From: Candidatus Heimdallarchaeum aukensis | Lineage (GTDB): Archaea > Asgardarchaeota > Heimdallarchaeia > Heimdallarchaeales > Heimdallarchaeaceae | Assembly: GCA_021513695.1 (NCBI GenBank) | Contig: CP084166.1 | Coordinates: forward strand, 1,120,001 to 1,184,000 | Reading direction: 5' to 3' | DNA: 64,000 nucleotides | Shown: in pieces, positions 17,419 through 27,751 of the stretch | Position numbering within the stretch: the stretch's first letter is position 1 | Layout of the letters: each line of letters begins with the position of its first letter | Position numbers and translations under genes: made by a program | Notes under the pieces: model-generated | Databases searched by the model: none | What the model saw: only the letters and a program-made list of their open reading frames with translations | Told to the model about the DNA's origin: nothing

Positions 17419-20346
17419 GTGATTACTATGGGCAAAAAGAAGAAGTCTATTCAAATCAACCAAGAGATTATTTATGGACACACGCTTACCCCAGACGAAG
17501 TTGCTCTTAAATTAGGGACAGATCTTAAATTTGGGTTAAAAGAAAAAGATATCGAAAAAAGGCAAGATATGTTTGGAAAAAATGTTATTCCTCCTGTTAA
17601 AGGAAACATTTGGGATGTTTACTTAGCTCCTCTTTTTAATTGGTTGATTAATATTTACTTAATCGTTGCCGCAATTTTAGCCATTTTAGCAATTTGGGTT
17701 CCTGGTCAATGGTCCCAGATAGGTTTTTGGATGATTATTATATTATTTAATGTTGCATTCACCATTTTTCAGCAAGTTAGAGCACAGTTTAAGCTTGATG
17801 CTTTACACAAGTTAACAGCTCCTACCTCTGTTGTAATTAGAGATGCTATTCCTGATACCGTAGAAGCTGCAGAACTTGTCCCTGGGGACTTAATAGAACT
17901 AGATCAAGGAGATAGGGTACCTGCAGATGCTAGAATAATTCAAGCAAATAATTGTTTAGTTAATGAATCAGCACTAACTGGCGAATCTATTGCTGTTGAA
18001 AAAACAAACAACACAAAAATTACTTTACCTATGGATACACCTATCGGTCAAAGAAGCAATATGCTTTTTACTGGTACATATATAGAGAGTGGGAGAGCTG
18101 TAGCTGTTGTAACCAATACTGGTATATTCACTGAACTTGGAAAACTATCAAAAGAGCTTGAGAATATAAGTACAAACGAGATTCCAATTAGAGCTAAGGT
18201 TAATAGATTAGCAATGTGGTTAGGAATAGCTGTAGTTTCATATTTGATTATCTCTGTTATTTACAAAGTCATTTATCATCTAAAAAGAGGAACGTTAGAA
18301 AACATTGATATCTTTCTTCAAGATATCGTTTCTTCTCTTACAACTTCAATGGCAATAATGCCAATTACCATCCCTCTTCTAACTACACTTATTTTAATTA
18401 CAGGAGTTCTCTCAATGGCTAAAAAAAGAGTAATCATAAGAAATTTGTCAGCAGTGGAGACTCTTGGTAGAAGTTCTGTTTTATGCACTGACAAAACGGG
18501 AACTATTACAGCTAATCAGATGACTATTCAGAGGATTTGGGATACATCTTTATTTTATGGTGTTTCGGGTTCAGGCTATAGTATTCAAGGAGCAATTTTC
18601 CCAATTGGCGAAGAGAAAGAAGTAAAAATCGAAGAATATATGATTCCAGATTATTCAAGACCTTTTACAAAAGGTTCTCCTCTACAAGATATTCTAATTG
18701 GAGGTTTCTTAAATAATAATGCTCACTTAGTTGTTGAAGAAGTGTTTGAACCTTTTCATCAAACTTCTTGGAAAACAACAGGAGATCCTACTGATGGAGC
18801 TTTTCTTGCATTATTCAACAAGTCAGGATTAAGAGAAGAGGAAGTTAAAAAGGAATTCGGTTTTCTTAAGGAATTCAATTTTGATTCCACAATTAAAAGG
18901 ATGAGTAAACTTTACGAAATAGAAGAAGGTTATATTCTATTCTGTAAAGGTGCAACAGAAACTATCTTACCCTTATGTAATAGTATAGGTTCATCTTCAG
19001 GCTCTACTCCTTTGACTGAAGAAAAAAGGAAAGAGATTATAGAAAATGTTAACTACTTTGCATCTCAAGGTTATAGGGTAATTTCACTAGCTTTACGGAT
19101 TTTGCCCAAAGGAGAGCTAATTCCTGATGAAAGAGAAGAAGTAGAAAAAGATCTGGTTTACAATGGTTTTGTTGCCATGCTTGACCCTCCCAGATATGGT
19201 GTTAAAGAAGCAGTGGAAGAATGTTATAATGCTCAGATAACTCCAATTATGATCACTGGTGATTCTCTCTTAACTGCTAAAGCAATAGGTAAAGAAGTAG
19301 GAATAATAAAAGAGGGACAATTGGCAGTAGAAGGAAATAAAATTTCAGAACTATCAGATGAAGAATTCTTTAACACAAGAATTTTTGCTAGAGTTTCTCC
19401 TCAACATAAACAGGAGATTGTTGCAAAGTACCAGAGTAAAGATAAAATCGTTAGTATGACAGGAGATGGAGTAAACGATGCTTTAGCTTTGACTAATGCA
19501 GATGTAGGAATATGTATGGGCATTGCAGGAACAGATGTGGCTAAACAAGCTTCTGATGTTGTTATTGCAGACGATAGTTTTACAAGTACGGTTTTAGGAA
19601 TAAGAGAAGGAAGAGGGTTATTCGAAAAAATAAGAGTAATGATCTTTTTCTACATTTCATTAAATGTCGCCGAAGCTCTAGTTTACTTTACTAGTTCGTT
19701 TATCCCTGGCTTTCATTTATTAAATGACTATCAAAGAGTAATTATTTTTTCAACTGCCCACGCTATTCCCCCTCTTGCTTTCATAGTTGATTCGATAGCA
19801 AGCGATATCATGAATTATCCACCAAAAGATAACGAAGATATATTCAACAAAAGATATGTCATTGCGTTAGCTTCTCTGGCTACTACACTTGCTCTATCCT
19901 CTGGATTAATTTATATCTTGGCTTATACTGGAATTATTCCTGTATTCTCTTTTAATCAAGCAATACCTCTGGCTGAAGATACCCTAAACGCTGCGCAATC
20001 TTGGGAACAAGCAAAAGCTAGAACCATGTTTGTAATGGTTTTAGTTATTAGCGAAAGTTTAGTTGTTTTATCTCTACGAAGATTCAACAAGAGTTTAATA
20101 AAATCATTAAAAGAAGATTGGAAAAACATAGTTATGATTTTAGTCTTTGTAGTTCCTATCGGTCATATTTTAACTATGTACATCTTACCTTTCCAGAATT
20201 TCCTTAAAAACGCCATTGGGTTCAACTTAGAATATCTTCCTTTGTCAATTATAGATTGGTTAATTTTGATACCGGCTATTCTTTTTCCAATAATTGCTCT
20301 AGAGACAACAAAATGGCTAGTTAGAAAAAGGAAAAAATATTTCTGA
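17419..20346 (+). CDS. P-type cation-transporting ATPase (P2-type, Ca2+/Mg2+-like)
   Basis: Phosphorylation site CTDKTGTIT, TGES, hinge MTGDGVNDALAL, 10 predicted TM helices. Confidence 0.9.
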   Translation: MITMGKKKKSIQINQEIIYGHTLTPDEVALKLGTDLKFGLKEKDIEKRQDMFGKNVIPPVKGNIWDVYLAPLFNWLINIYLIVAAILAILAIWVPGQWSQIGFWMIIILFNVAFTIFQQVRAQFKLDALHKLTAPTSVVIRDAIPDTVEAAELVPGDLIELDQGDRVPADARIIQANNCLVNESALTGESIAVEKTNNTKITLPMDTPIGQRSNMLFTGTYIESGRAVAVVTNTGIFTELGKLSKELENISTNEIPIRAKVNRLAMWLGIAVVSYLIISVIYKVIYHLKRGTLENIDIFLQDIVSSLTTSMAIMPITIPLLTTLILITGVLSMAKKRVIIRNLSAVETLGRSSVLCTDKTGTITANQMTIQRIWDTSLFYGVSGSGYSIQGAIFPIGEEKEVKIEEYMIPDYSRPFTKGSPLQDILIGGFLNNNAHLVVEEVFEPFHQTSWKTTGDPTDGAFLALFNKSGLREEEVKKEFGFLKEFNFDSTIKRMSKLYEIEEGYILFCKGATETILPLCNSIGSSSGSTPLTEEKRKEIIENVNYFASQGYRVISLALRILPKGELIPDEREEVEKDLVYNGFVAMLDPPRYGVKEAVEECYNAQITPIMITGDSLLTAKAIGKEVGIIKEGQLAVEGNKISELSDEEFFNTRIFARVSPQHKQEIVAKYQSKDKIVSMTGDGVNDALALTNADVGICMGIAGTDVAKQASDVVIADDSFTSTVLGIREGRGLFEKIRVMIFFYISLNVAEALVYFTSSFIPGFHLLNDYQRVIIFSTAHAIPPLAFIVDSIASDIMNYPPKDNEDIFNKRYVIALASLATTLALSSGLIYILAYTGIIPVFSFNQAIPLAEDTLNAAQSWEQAKARTMFVMVLVISESLVVLSLRRFNKSLIKSLKEDWKNIVMILVFVVPIGHILTMYILPFQNFLKNAIGFNLEYLPLSIIDWLILIPAILFPIIALETTKWLVRKRKKYF

Positions 20347-20413
20347 AAACCATTTAAATTCATTTTTTCTTTTTTTCTGCGTAAATGTTATTAAGGGAGA
20401 AGTTGAAAAACGA

Positions 20414-20794
20414 ATGAAAATGATTGGAGTAAATTATCATATTAAAATGATAATACCTAATAAAGGAGAAATAAATGCAGAATTAATAAGAATCAAAGCT
20501 CCTCAGTTAACTGAGCAGTTGGTTAGAATACTTCCCTTGAACACAAGAGCCATCAGGAGAGAAAATATTTTCTTAATTCCTATAAACCAGACTTTTGGTA
20601 TTGAAAAACCAATGAAAAAAGTAAAGAAGGGAGATCTAGTTTATGACCCAAAATCTCAAGCAATATTAGTTATTTTGGAAGATTCAGAACTAGACTTCAG
20701 AGTAGCACAAATAGGAATAGTTGTTAAAAACCTTGATTTAATTCAAGAGATAAAAACAACCGTGGGAGTAAGAATTGAAAGCCTTAGCCAATAA
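20414..20794 (+). CDS. hypothetical protein (126 aa)
   Basis: ORF with coding-like composition only. Confidence 0.4.
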   Translation: MKMIGVNYHIKMIIPNKGEINAELIRIKAPQLTEQLVRILPLNTRAIRRENIFLIPINQTFGIEKPMKKVKKGDLVYDPKSQAILVILEDSELDFRVAQIGIVVKNLDLIQEIKTTVGVRIESLSQ

Positions 20795-20830
20795 TAAATT
20801 AGATTGACCTTGTAATCAAATTTTATTTGC

Positions 20831-21031
20831 TTATTTTTCATCTTCAACTATAATTCTTTGAAGAAAAATGTTACACTCCTTACAAACTAAAAAATCAAAA
20901 GTTTCTTTTTCTTTATAGTAAATTTGGAAATGCATTGGTTTGTTACATTTTCCGCACTTTACTTCTGTCTCTTGCTCTTCAATTAGAATCAATTCATTTA
21001 CATCCACTCTCGGAGAAACATATTTCTGCAT
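20831..21031 (-). CDS. small zinc-ribbon protein
   Basis: CGKCNKP...CKECN double CxxC in 66 aa. Confidence 0.45.
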   Translation of the reverse strand: MQKYVSPRVDVNELILIEEQETEVKCGKCNKPMHFQIYYKEKETFDFLVCKECNIFLQRIIVEDEK

Positions 21032-21152
21032 TAGACAACAACCCTTAGATTCTCAATGAAAAAATGTATATTTATTAATAAAGCTTTTTAAACAAAATAT
21101 AGTAAAAATGGATTCTAAAAGAATCCTTTAGTTTGCTTTGATTTTTAGTTGT

Positions 21153-21440
21153 TTAGCTTCTTCGGAGTGTAATGTCGATAGTACTTACAGTCTTTACTCC
21201 AGTGTCAGTTTCTATCTCTTCAGAGCCTATTTTGATGTCATCAATTTTGATTTGTTCAGCTAGGAATTTGCGAGTACTAATTTCTGCTACATCTACAGCT
21301 TTGCTTATTGAACGACCACGAGCTTTGAGAATACATTCATCAGCTCCTTTGTTAAAGATAGTCACTACCACTAGACAGTAAGACATTGTTCCTTTTCTAC
21401 CGATGTAAATTACTTGTTGATCTTGTTGTTCTTCAGACAT
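21153..21440 (-). CDS. albA: Alba (Sso10b) DNA/RNA-binding chromatin protein
   Basis: VIYIGRKGTMSYCLVVVTIFNKGADECILKARGRSISKAVDVAEI closely matches the Alba consensus (IRIGKKPVMNYV...GADEV.IKARGRAISRAVDVAEI). Confidence 0.85.
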   Translation of the reverse strand: MSEEQQDQQVIYIGRKGTMSYCLVVVTIFNKGADECILKARGRSISKAVDVAEISTRKFLAEQIKIDDIKIGSEEIETDTGVKTVSTIDITLRRS

Positions 21441-21541
21441 GTTTATCCATCCTCGTTAATTGGTTTTAATGATTTTTTCAAATTGATATTTATAAAGTTT
21501 ATTAACTGGTAAACATTGAGACTAAAGAGAAAAAAAAATAC

Positions 21542-22093
21542 TTAAGGCTTATATCTATCAAATAAGAAAAAGTGCAGTTTTCCTTTCATTTTTGTGGCTA
21601 AAACAAAGTTTTTTCTTACTGTGGTTGCAAGCCGTCCAGCTCTAACTAATTCAATTGGATTAATAGAGCCTTCTTTCTTTATAATTTGAACAAGATAAGG
21701 AGAGTGTTCTAATCCTGGGCCTTTAGTATAAACAGCAAAGTCAGTACCAAACTTCAATCCAGGTTTAACAACATAACCTTTTTCTCTTAAATGGTTGTAA
21801 ACCTCCATTTTCTGGTCAAAATTGATGTGATTTTCGCGACATCGTTTAAGAAACTGCTCTTTATCCAAAAGATTACCCTCTTCATCAAAGATCTCAATTA
21901 TCTTCTTTTCTTGGAGATAAAAAGCTTCAAAGTAAGACAACTCTAAAGGGTCTCTAAATTCATCACCGATATTAGGCTTTCTGACACCTATGGGCTTACC
22001 ATAAAAACCATTATTGTATAGCCAAGTTCCTTTTTCTAAGTCCCATACGACTACTCGGTTGCCAATAAATTGAGCTTTAATTAGTTCATTCAT
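21542..22093 (-). CDS. endA: tRNA-splicing endonuclease EndA (likely start at MNELIKAQ; the track ORF extends to 22153)
   Basis: Catalytic domain YVVKPGLKFGTDFAVY, HSPYLV and VRAGRLATTVRK align with the M. jannaschii EndA motifs (YIVKTGLKYGADFRLY, HSVYLV, VRVAHSVRK). Confidence 0.8.
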   Translation of the reverse strand: MNELIKAQFIGNRVVVWDLEKGTWLYNNGFYGKPIGVRKPNIGDEFRDPLELSYFEAFYLQEKKIIEIFDEEGNLLDKEQFLKRCRENHINFDQKMEVYNHLREKGYVVKPGLKFGTDFAVYTKGPGLEHSPYLVQIIKKEGSINPIELVRAGRLATTVRKNFVLATKMKGKLHFFLFDRYKP

Positions 22094-22188
22094 TCTTGTT
22101 ACTAGTGATATAACCATTTTTATTTTTATGTTTTTTAGTGAAAAAAACCACAAAAAATAAAGATAATGACGATTTTATTTAATTATAG

Positions 22189-23382
22189 ATGACCAATACT
22201 AACGATTTTCCCTTATCTATTGAGAAATATGTCCAACAATGCATTTACTGTGGATATTGTTCTGTATGCCCAACATATAAAGAAATAGGTTGGGAGAGTA
22301 ATCATCCCCGAGGAATTCTTAAACAGATTGAAAAATACATCAATGAGGATACAAGTAGAGAAGAACAAAAAACTTTGTTTCAAGCAGTTTTTGATTGTAC
22401 TTTGTGTGGAGCGTGTCAAAATATTTGTTTGTCTGACATCCCGATCATAGATATTTGGATACAGATGAGAAAAGAAGCATTTGATAAAGGTCTTTGGAAA
22501 CAAGAATTAGTTCAAGTAACAGAATTTGTTAAAACAACCCATAATATATATGGATTAGAACCAGAGGACAGATTAAAATGGACAGAATATGTGAATATTA
22601 ACCTTAATCGAAGAGTGAAAAAGAATAAACCAGTCCTATTCTTTTTTGGTTGCCAAGCTTCTTATTCAGGAAAAATGATGAAAATAGCAGAAAGTGCAGT
22701 AAAAGTCCTTCGTAAAGCAAAAGTCGATTTCACAGTACTAGGAGAAGATGAATGGTGTTGTGGTTCACCCATATTCCTGGGAGGAGGATTTGATCTAGGA
22801 AAATCTTTAGCGAAACACAATCTAGAAGAAATAAAAAAACTAGGTATAAAGACACTTGTAACTGCATGTTCAGGATGTTATAGAACTTTCAAAAACGTTT
22901 ATCCAAATATCTTAGGTGAAGAATGGAACATAGAAGTACTTCATTTCTCAGAACTTATTTCCAAATTGATAAAAGAAGGGAAAATAGAGTTTAAAAAGGA
23001 ATTATCAGAAAAAATTACTTACAAAGACCCATGTGAGTTAGTAAGGCATACTGGAGTAATTCAAGCTCCAAGAGATGTAATTTTAAACATCAAAAACGTT
23101 CGCTATGAAGAGTTAATCTCCAATAAAGAAAATGCACTTTGTTGTGGGGGAGGAGGTTTACTAAAAATCAATAATCGTCCTTTAGTTGAGCAAGTAAATG
23201 ATAGATTAATGGACGAAATTGCTTATTCTGAAGCAGATATTGTGGTAAACAATTGCCCTCTTTGTCTAGACACAATTAGCCTAGGTGTGAAGAAGAAAAA
23301 CCTGAATGTAGAAGTCATAGATATGACAGAACTTGTAGCGCGAGCTATGGGAATAAAGGAGAAGGAGGAGGATAAGGATTAA
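22189..23382 (+). CDS. (Fe-S)-binding protein: 2x[4Fe-4S] ferredoxin-like N-domain plus two CCG domains (HdrD/GlcF/LutA-like)
   Basis: CIYCGYCSVCP and CTLCGACQNIC cluster motifs. Two Cys-rich CCG repeats (CCGSP...; CCGGGG...CPLC). Confidence 0.75.
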   Translation: MTNTNDFPLSIEKYVQQCIYCGYCSVCPTYKEIGWESNHPRGILKQIEKYINEDTSREEQKTLFQAVFDCTLCGACQNICLSDIPIIDIWIQMRKEAFDKGLWKQELVQVTEFVKTTHNIYGLEPEDRLKWTEYVNINLNRRVKKNKPVLFFFGCQASYSGKMMKIAESAVKVLRKAKVDFTVLGEDEWCCGSPIFLGGGFDLGKSLAKHNLEEIKKLGIKTLVTACSGCYRTFKNVYPNILGEEWNIEVLHFSELISKLIKEGKIEFKKELSEKITYKDPCELVRHTGVIQAPRDVILNIKNVRYEELISNKENALCCGGGGLLKINNRPLVEQVNDRLMDEIAYSEADIVVNNCPLCLDTISLGVKKKNLNVEVIDMTELVARAMGIKEKEEDKD

Positions 23383-23539
23383 AGACAATGAAAGAGCGCA
23401 ATTTAGAAGATTCTTTAAAAAGAGATTCGAAGAAGGAGAACATATTTTAGAACTTTATACAAGAGATTTTGCTAAAGTTCCAAATTTAGTAAAAAAACTA
23501 GTTATTGCTAAACCAGAAGCAGTAATATTAGTAGAAACA

Positions 23540-24781
23540 GTGGAAGACATTAAGAAAGCATTTGAGATAGCAAATAAAACAAAAATACCTCTTATCCCTC
23601 GCGCAGGAGCTACTTCAGGACATGGAGGAACACTAGTTTATAAAAAAGGAATAATAGTCGATCTAACAAAACTTAACAGGATAATAGATATAGAGTTGAT
23701 GGATCAATCAGTAACAGTAGAACCAGCAGTAACTTTCCACGACCTAGAAAAAGCTCTAACAATGCAAAGTTTAGCTCTTTGCTCCTATCCATCAAGTATC
23801 TACTCAGGAACAATAGGAGGGTGGATAGCACAAGGAGGAGAAGGTATAGGGAGTTTGAAATATGGAAGCATTATAGACCTATTACTGGGTTTAGAAGTAG
23901 TTTTACCCAATGGAAGTGTAAAATACTACACTGAGAAAGAAGATTTTGAAATGTTTGTAGGAGCACAAGGAACAACGGGAATAATAACAAAAATAAAAAT
24001 GAAGTTTAGATTTGATATACCTCTAAAACATATAGCTTTTACATTTGATAACTTCACAGACATGCTAAAAGGGTTATCAAGATGTAGAGAAGTAGAACCA
24101 TTTTCAGTTTGGTTCCTAAATAAACATAAAGTAGATTACCTAAATAAAACACTAGGATATATCTTACCTTCACGTCATCTAGTAATTGTTTCAAAAGAGA
24201 TAAGCTATGATGAAGAAGAAAAAGAGTTCAGAGAAAAAATATACAAGATAGTAAGAGAAGAAAAAGGACAGCTAATTTCAGATTATTATATTCAAGGAAT
24301 TTGGAAAGCAAGATTCAAAATCTTTTCAATATTAAAAGAAATGGACAACTATATTTTGGGAGAAGTAAGCATACCCTTAGATTACGGAGCAGCGTATATA
24401 GAGAATCTACCAAAGAAAATAGATAGAAAAATATTGATAGAAGGAACAATGGTCTCTTTTTCCACTGTATCAATAATCTTGAATTTGGTGCTAAAAACAG
24501 ACCAATCAAAAATTAAACAATATAAAAAATTCTTGAAAGTCTATAAATGGATACTAAAAGCAATAAAAATAGGTGGATTCCCCTCAGCAACAGGGTTGTG
24601 GTTCGGAGGATATTACCACACTATTTATGGAAAAGAAAGAGAAGAGAAATTATTGAAATTTAAGAAAGAAGTAGATAAAAACAATATTTGCAATCCGGAT
24701 AAAGTATGGTCGCCTAAAGTAAAACAATTACCCTTAATCTCTTTGAAAACAGCGATAAAAATTATTGGTGGATTATTTTGA
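23540..24781 (+). CDS. FAD-linked oxidase (GlcD / D-lactate dehydrogenase-like); true N-terminus probably upstream of the called GTG
   Basis: FAD_binding_4 motif PRAGATSGHGG. The same frame is open from 23357 and encodes a typical FAD-domain N-terminus (ELYTRDFAKVPNLVKKLVIAKPEAVILVETVEDIKK) with no ATG/GTG/TTG. Confidence 0.7.
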   Translation: MEDIKKAFEIANKTKIPLIPRAGATSGHGGTLVYKKGIIVDLTKLNRIIDIELMDQSVTVEPAVTFHDLEKALTMQSLALCSYPSSIYSGTIGGWIAQGGEGIGSLKYGSIIDLLLGLEVVLPNGSVKYYTEKEDFEMFVGAQGTTGIITKIKMKFRFDIPLKHIAFTFDNFTDMLKGLSRCREVEPFSVWFLNKHKVDYLNKTLGYILPSRHLVIVSKEISYDEEEKEFREKIYKIVREEKGQLISDYYIQGIWKARFKIFSILKEMDNYILGEVSIPLDYGAAYIENLPKKIDRKILIEGTMVSFSTVSIILNLVLKTDQSKIKQYKKFLKVYKWILKAIKIGGFPSATGLWFGGYYHTIYGKEREEKLLKFKKEVDKNNICNPDKVWSPKVKQLPLISLKTAIKIIGGLF

Positions 24782-25212
24782 AAATAAAGGAATACTTTTT
24801 TCCTGAAGATTTACTGTATGATATAAGTAAACCAGGACACATTTGGATAAGGAAAATAGAAGAAAATAAAATAGAGATAGGAATAGACGATTATGCAGCT
24901 AAACGTGCAGGAGAAATAGAGTTTATTAGAACAATGAAAGTTGGAAAACAAATTACAAAAGGGGGAACAATAGGAACATACGAAACAGGAAAATGGATAG
25001 GACAAATAAAAAGTCCAGTATCAGGAAAAATAGTAGAGAAAAATGAACTACTAAAAAAGCAACCAGAGTTGGTAAATAAAGCACCCTATAGTGCATGGAT
25101 AGTGAGAATAGAAGGAGCAAAAATAGAAGAAGAACTAAAAGAAAATGAGTTGATAGTAGAAGCAGGAGAAAAACTGAAAGAGCACATATTATTTAGAATC
25201 TCAAAAGAATAA
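24778..25212 (+). CDS. GcvH-like lipoyl-domain protein (glycine cleavage H protein family)
   Basis: Aligns to the GcvH core. The lipoyl-lysine position is conserved (YETGKW for ESVKA), followed by SPVSGKIVEKNELL...PELVNKAPY..WIVRI. TTG start overlaps the upstream stop by 4 nt. Confidence 0.65.
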   Translation: MKIKEYFFPEDLLYDISKPGHIWIRKIEENKIEIGIDDYAAKRAGEIEFIRTMKVGKQITKGGTIGTYETGKWIGQIKSPVSGKIVEKNELLKKQPELVNKAPYSAWIVRIEGAKIEEELKENELIVEAGEKLKEHILFRISKE

Positions 25213-25245
25213 AGAAAAAAAAAGAAAATTCCTGGAAAAGAACAA

Positions 25246-26067
25246 TTAAAGTAAAATTCCTAAAAGGAAGAAAAGAATAATTATTAAACCAAGAACTAAA
25301 CAAACAAAAGCAAAACTGTATTTTTTAGCAACACGAAGAAGTAATTCAATGGTTAAGAAGCCAATTATAGCTGTAACCAAAATAGCTAAACTTATCTCCC
25401 ACCATTTGAAGAGAAGAACAGGTTCGTGAGTGATAAGTGACCAAGATAAGTTGAGTGTAAAACCTCCAAGAACAGCAGGAATGCTCATAATAAAACTGCC
25501 TTTAAGAGCTTCCTCTTTATCCACACCAAGAAAAAGCAACCCACCAACAGTGGTACCAGAACGACTGATACCAGGAATAATAGTAAAACCCTGCAATAAA
25601 CCAACAATAAGCATACGTTTCTTACTCAGTTCAGCGATAGTAACACCTTCTTTCTCAACCTTACGTGAAAAATAAAGAACAAAAGCTGTAACTAAAAGAG
25701 CAAGACCAATAATTAAGGTAATGTACTCGCCAAAAACAGGATTCTCACCTAAATAGGATAATAAAAGATAACAAGGAATACCAGTGATAGCTGTACCAAA
25801 AGTAGTAACTAAAATAAACCAACGCCATTGAACAACCTCAGGAGAACGAACGCGAAAATCAATAAAAAAGAAAAGCTCCTTGTAATATTTTAAAACAACA
25901 GCAATAAGAGTACCTAAATGAAGCCACAAAGAAAGAGAAATAGCTTCTTGAGAACCAATATGCAAAAAAGAAACAAGTAAAGTAACAGATTGACCTTCAG
26001 AACTGACAGGTAACCACTCCAATAAACCTTGAAGGACAGCAAAAAGAAGTAAAAACCAGAAGAGCAT
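25246..26067 (-). CDS. uppP: undecaprenyl-diphosphatase UppP (BacA)
   Basis: Polytopic membrane protein with the GISRSG motif and a Gly/Thr-rich region (SRSGTTVGGLLFLG). Confidence 0.8.
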   Translation of the reverse strand: MLFWFLLLFAVLQGLLEWLPVSSEGQSVTLLVSFLHIGSQEAISLSLWLHLGTLIAVVLKYYKELFFFIDFRVRSPEVVQWRWFILVTTFGTAITGIPCYLLLSYLGENPVFGEYITLIIGLALLVTAFVLYFSRKVEKEGVTIAELSKKRMLIVGLLQGFTIIPGISRSGTTVGGLLFLGVDKEEALKGSFIMSIPAVLGGFTLNLSWSLITHEPVLLFKWWEISLAILVTAIIGFLTIELLLRVAKKYSFAFVCLVLGLIIILFFLLGILL

Positions 26068-26208
26068 GAGGTAAAAAAAAGAGAGACAGATAAAAATATA
26101 TCTATTAAATAAGAAAAGATGAAAAAGGAAAATAGCAAAATATAATAAAAAAAAGTAATCATTTAGTACAAAAAAAGAAAAAGTCTAGAATGAAAAAAAA
26201 GGGAGGGG

Positions 26209-27114
26209 TTAAAAAACAAAGCTAGGCAGGAGAGAAATAATAAATAAAAGAGTAAATATCATGTGCAACTGTGCAGTGTGAACATCGATAATAGAAAAAA
26301 TCTTTTCATTTTCATTTTTAAGAGCAATGATGTTCTTTAACGCAAGTGGAAAAGTCAAAAAAGTCAAAAGAGACCAATAATCAACTATGTCCAACAACAA
26401 ATAAACAAAAACAAGAATAAAAGGTAAGACAACTAATAAAACATACTCAAAGAAAGCAAAGCGTTTACCAAATAAAATAGAGAGAGATTTCATACCAAAA
26501 CCAGCATCGATTTCAAGATCACGGTAGTTATTGCCCTGTAGAACAGCCAAAATAAGCAAAGCTTGAGGAAGAGATAAGAAGAGAGATAACCAAGAAAAGA
26601 AACCTGATTGAACAATAAAAGTACCAAGAGTTATGCCAATACCAAAAGTAAAAAATATAGCAAACTCACCAAGACCACGATATTTTAACTCAAAAGGAGC
26701 TAAACCATAGAAAAAAGCAAGAATAACACCTAACAAACCTAAATATAAAACCCAAAAAATCCTGGTAAGATAGAAAATATACAAACCAACAAAAATACCA
26801 ACTAAAAAAGAAAAAAATCCAACCCAAAAAACATGTTTTGGAATAAGTAAACCCCTAACAAGAATCCTACCTTGGGTGTGAATATTAGAAACATCAATGC
26901 CTTTCTTGAAATCAACATATTCGGAAACAAGATTAGCACCTAAATGTAAAAGAAAAATACCAATGAAAGTTAAAAAAGCAAGAAACCAATTAATGTAACT
27001 AATTTCGTACCAGGAAATAATAAGACCAAGTGTAACAGTAAATAAACTAAGAGTAAAAGAAAAAGGACGAGAAACAATAAACCATAATTTAAATCTGGAA
27101 AGAAAAGTTAACAT
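26209..27114 (-). CDS. UbiA-family aromatic/polyprenyl prenyltransferase (MenA-like)
   Basis: Asp-rich motifs NLVSEYVDFKKGID and NNYRDLEIDAGFG within a 8-9 TM protein. Confidence 0.6.
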   Translation of the reverse strand: MLTFLSRFKLWFIVSRPFSFTLSLFTVTLGLIISWYEISYINWFLAFLTFIGIFLLHLGANLVSEYVDFKKGIDVSNIHTQGRILVRGLLIPKHVFWVGFFSFLVGIFVGLYIFYLTRIFWVLYLGLLGVILAFFYGLAPFELKYRGLGEFAIFFTFGIGITLGTFIVQSGFFSWLSLFLSLPQALLILAVLQGNNYRDLEIDAGFGMKSLSILFGKRFAFFEYVLLVVLPFILVFVYLLLDIVDYWSLLTFLTFPLALKNIIALKNENEKIFSIIDVHTAQLHMIFTLLFIISLLPSFVF

Positions 27115-27495
27115 CTGAAATCACAACTAAAAAAAAACATTTGACCGATTAAAAAAAGATTGTTGTTAAAATAAAAAAAGGAAATGATATAGGAAGAAGA
27201 AGAGTAGAAAAGAAGGAAAATTAAAAGGAAATAATAAATAAATACAAAACAAACTGTGAAAAAAAAAGAGCAAAAAGGAAAACAAACCAATGAAACGATA
27301 GAAATACATAAGAATTTTAGCCCAGGAAGCTTCAGGAAAAATCTTTTCTACGCATTAAGAGATTAAAATCAATTTTAATCCTACCAAATCGATGAGAAAT
27401 AATAGGATATAAGAATTCTACAAAAATATAAGTAAAAAGGATAAGAATAGAAAAACCTAGACAAAGCAAATAGATTAAACTCTTAAGAAAACAGA

Positions 27496-27570
27496 TTGGT
27501 AGTCCCCAGGAGATTTGAACTCCTGCCCCCGGATCCAGAGTCCGGGATCCTTGCCACTAGACTAGGGGAC
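27496..27570 (-). tRNA. tRNA-Gln (anticodon CTG), CCA encoded
   Basis: Cloverleaf with A1:U72, 7-bp acceptor stem, anticodon stem CCGGA/TCCGG and loop CUCUGGA. T-arm AGGAG-TTCAAAT-CTCCT. 3' end GGGGACT-A-CCA. Confidence 0.9.
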
Positions 27571-27606
27571 TCTAAATTACAAGCGGTAACAAAGGATTGG
27601 AAAAGA

Positions 27607-27681
27607 TGGTAGTCCCCAGGAGATTCGAACTCCTGCCACCGGATTCAAAGTCCGGAATCCTTGCCGCTAGACTAGGGGACT
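27607..27681 (-). tRNA. tRNA-Gln (anticodon TTG), CCA encoded
   Basis: Same scaffold as the neighbour, with anticodon loop CUUUGAA, T-loop TTCGAAT and D-loop AGCGGCAA. A1:U72. Confidence 0.9.
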
Positions 27682-27751
27682 TTTTATCTTAACTATTAGT
27701 CTTCTGTCGATTCTTTTTTTTAATTGTGTTTTAAACTTTTCTTTATCTACT

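Noticed and set aside
27496-27681. Reading the two tRNA-Gln genes as eukaryotic or bacterial because the 3' CCA is genomically encoded
   Set aside because: A1:U72 in the acceptor stem and the overall scaffold match archaeal tRNA-Gln, and some archaea encode CCA. The surrounding genes (Alba, EndA, NucS) are archaeal.
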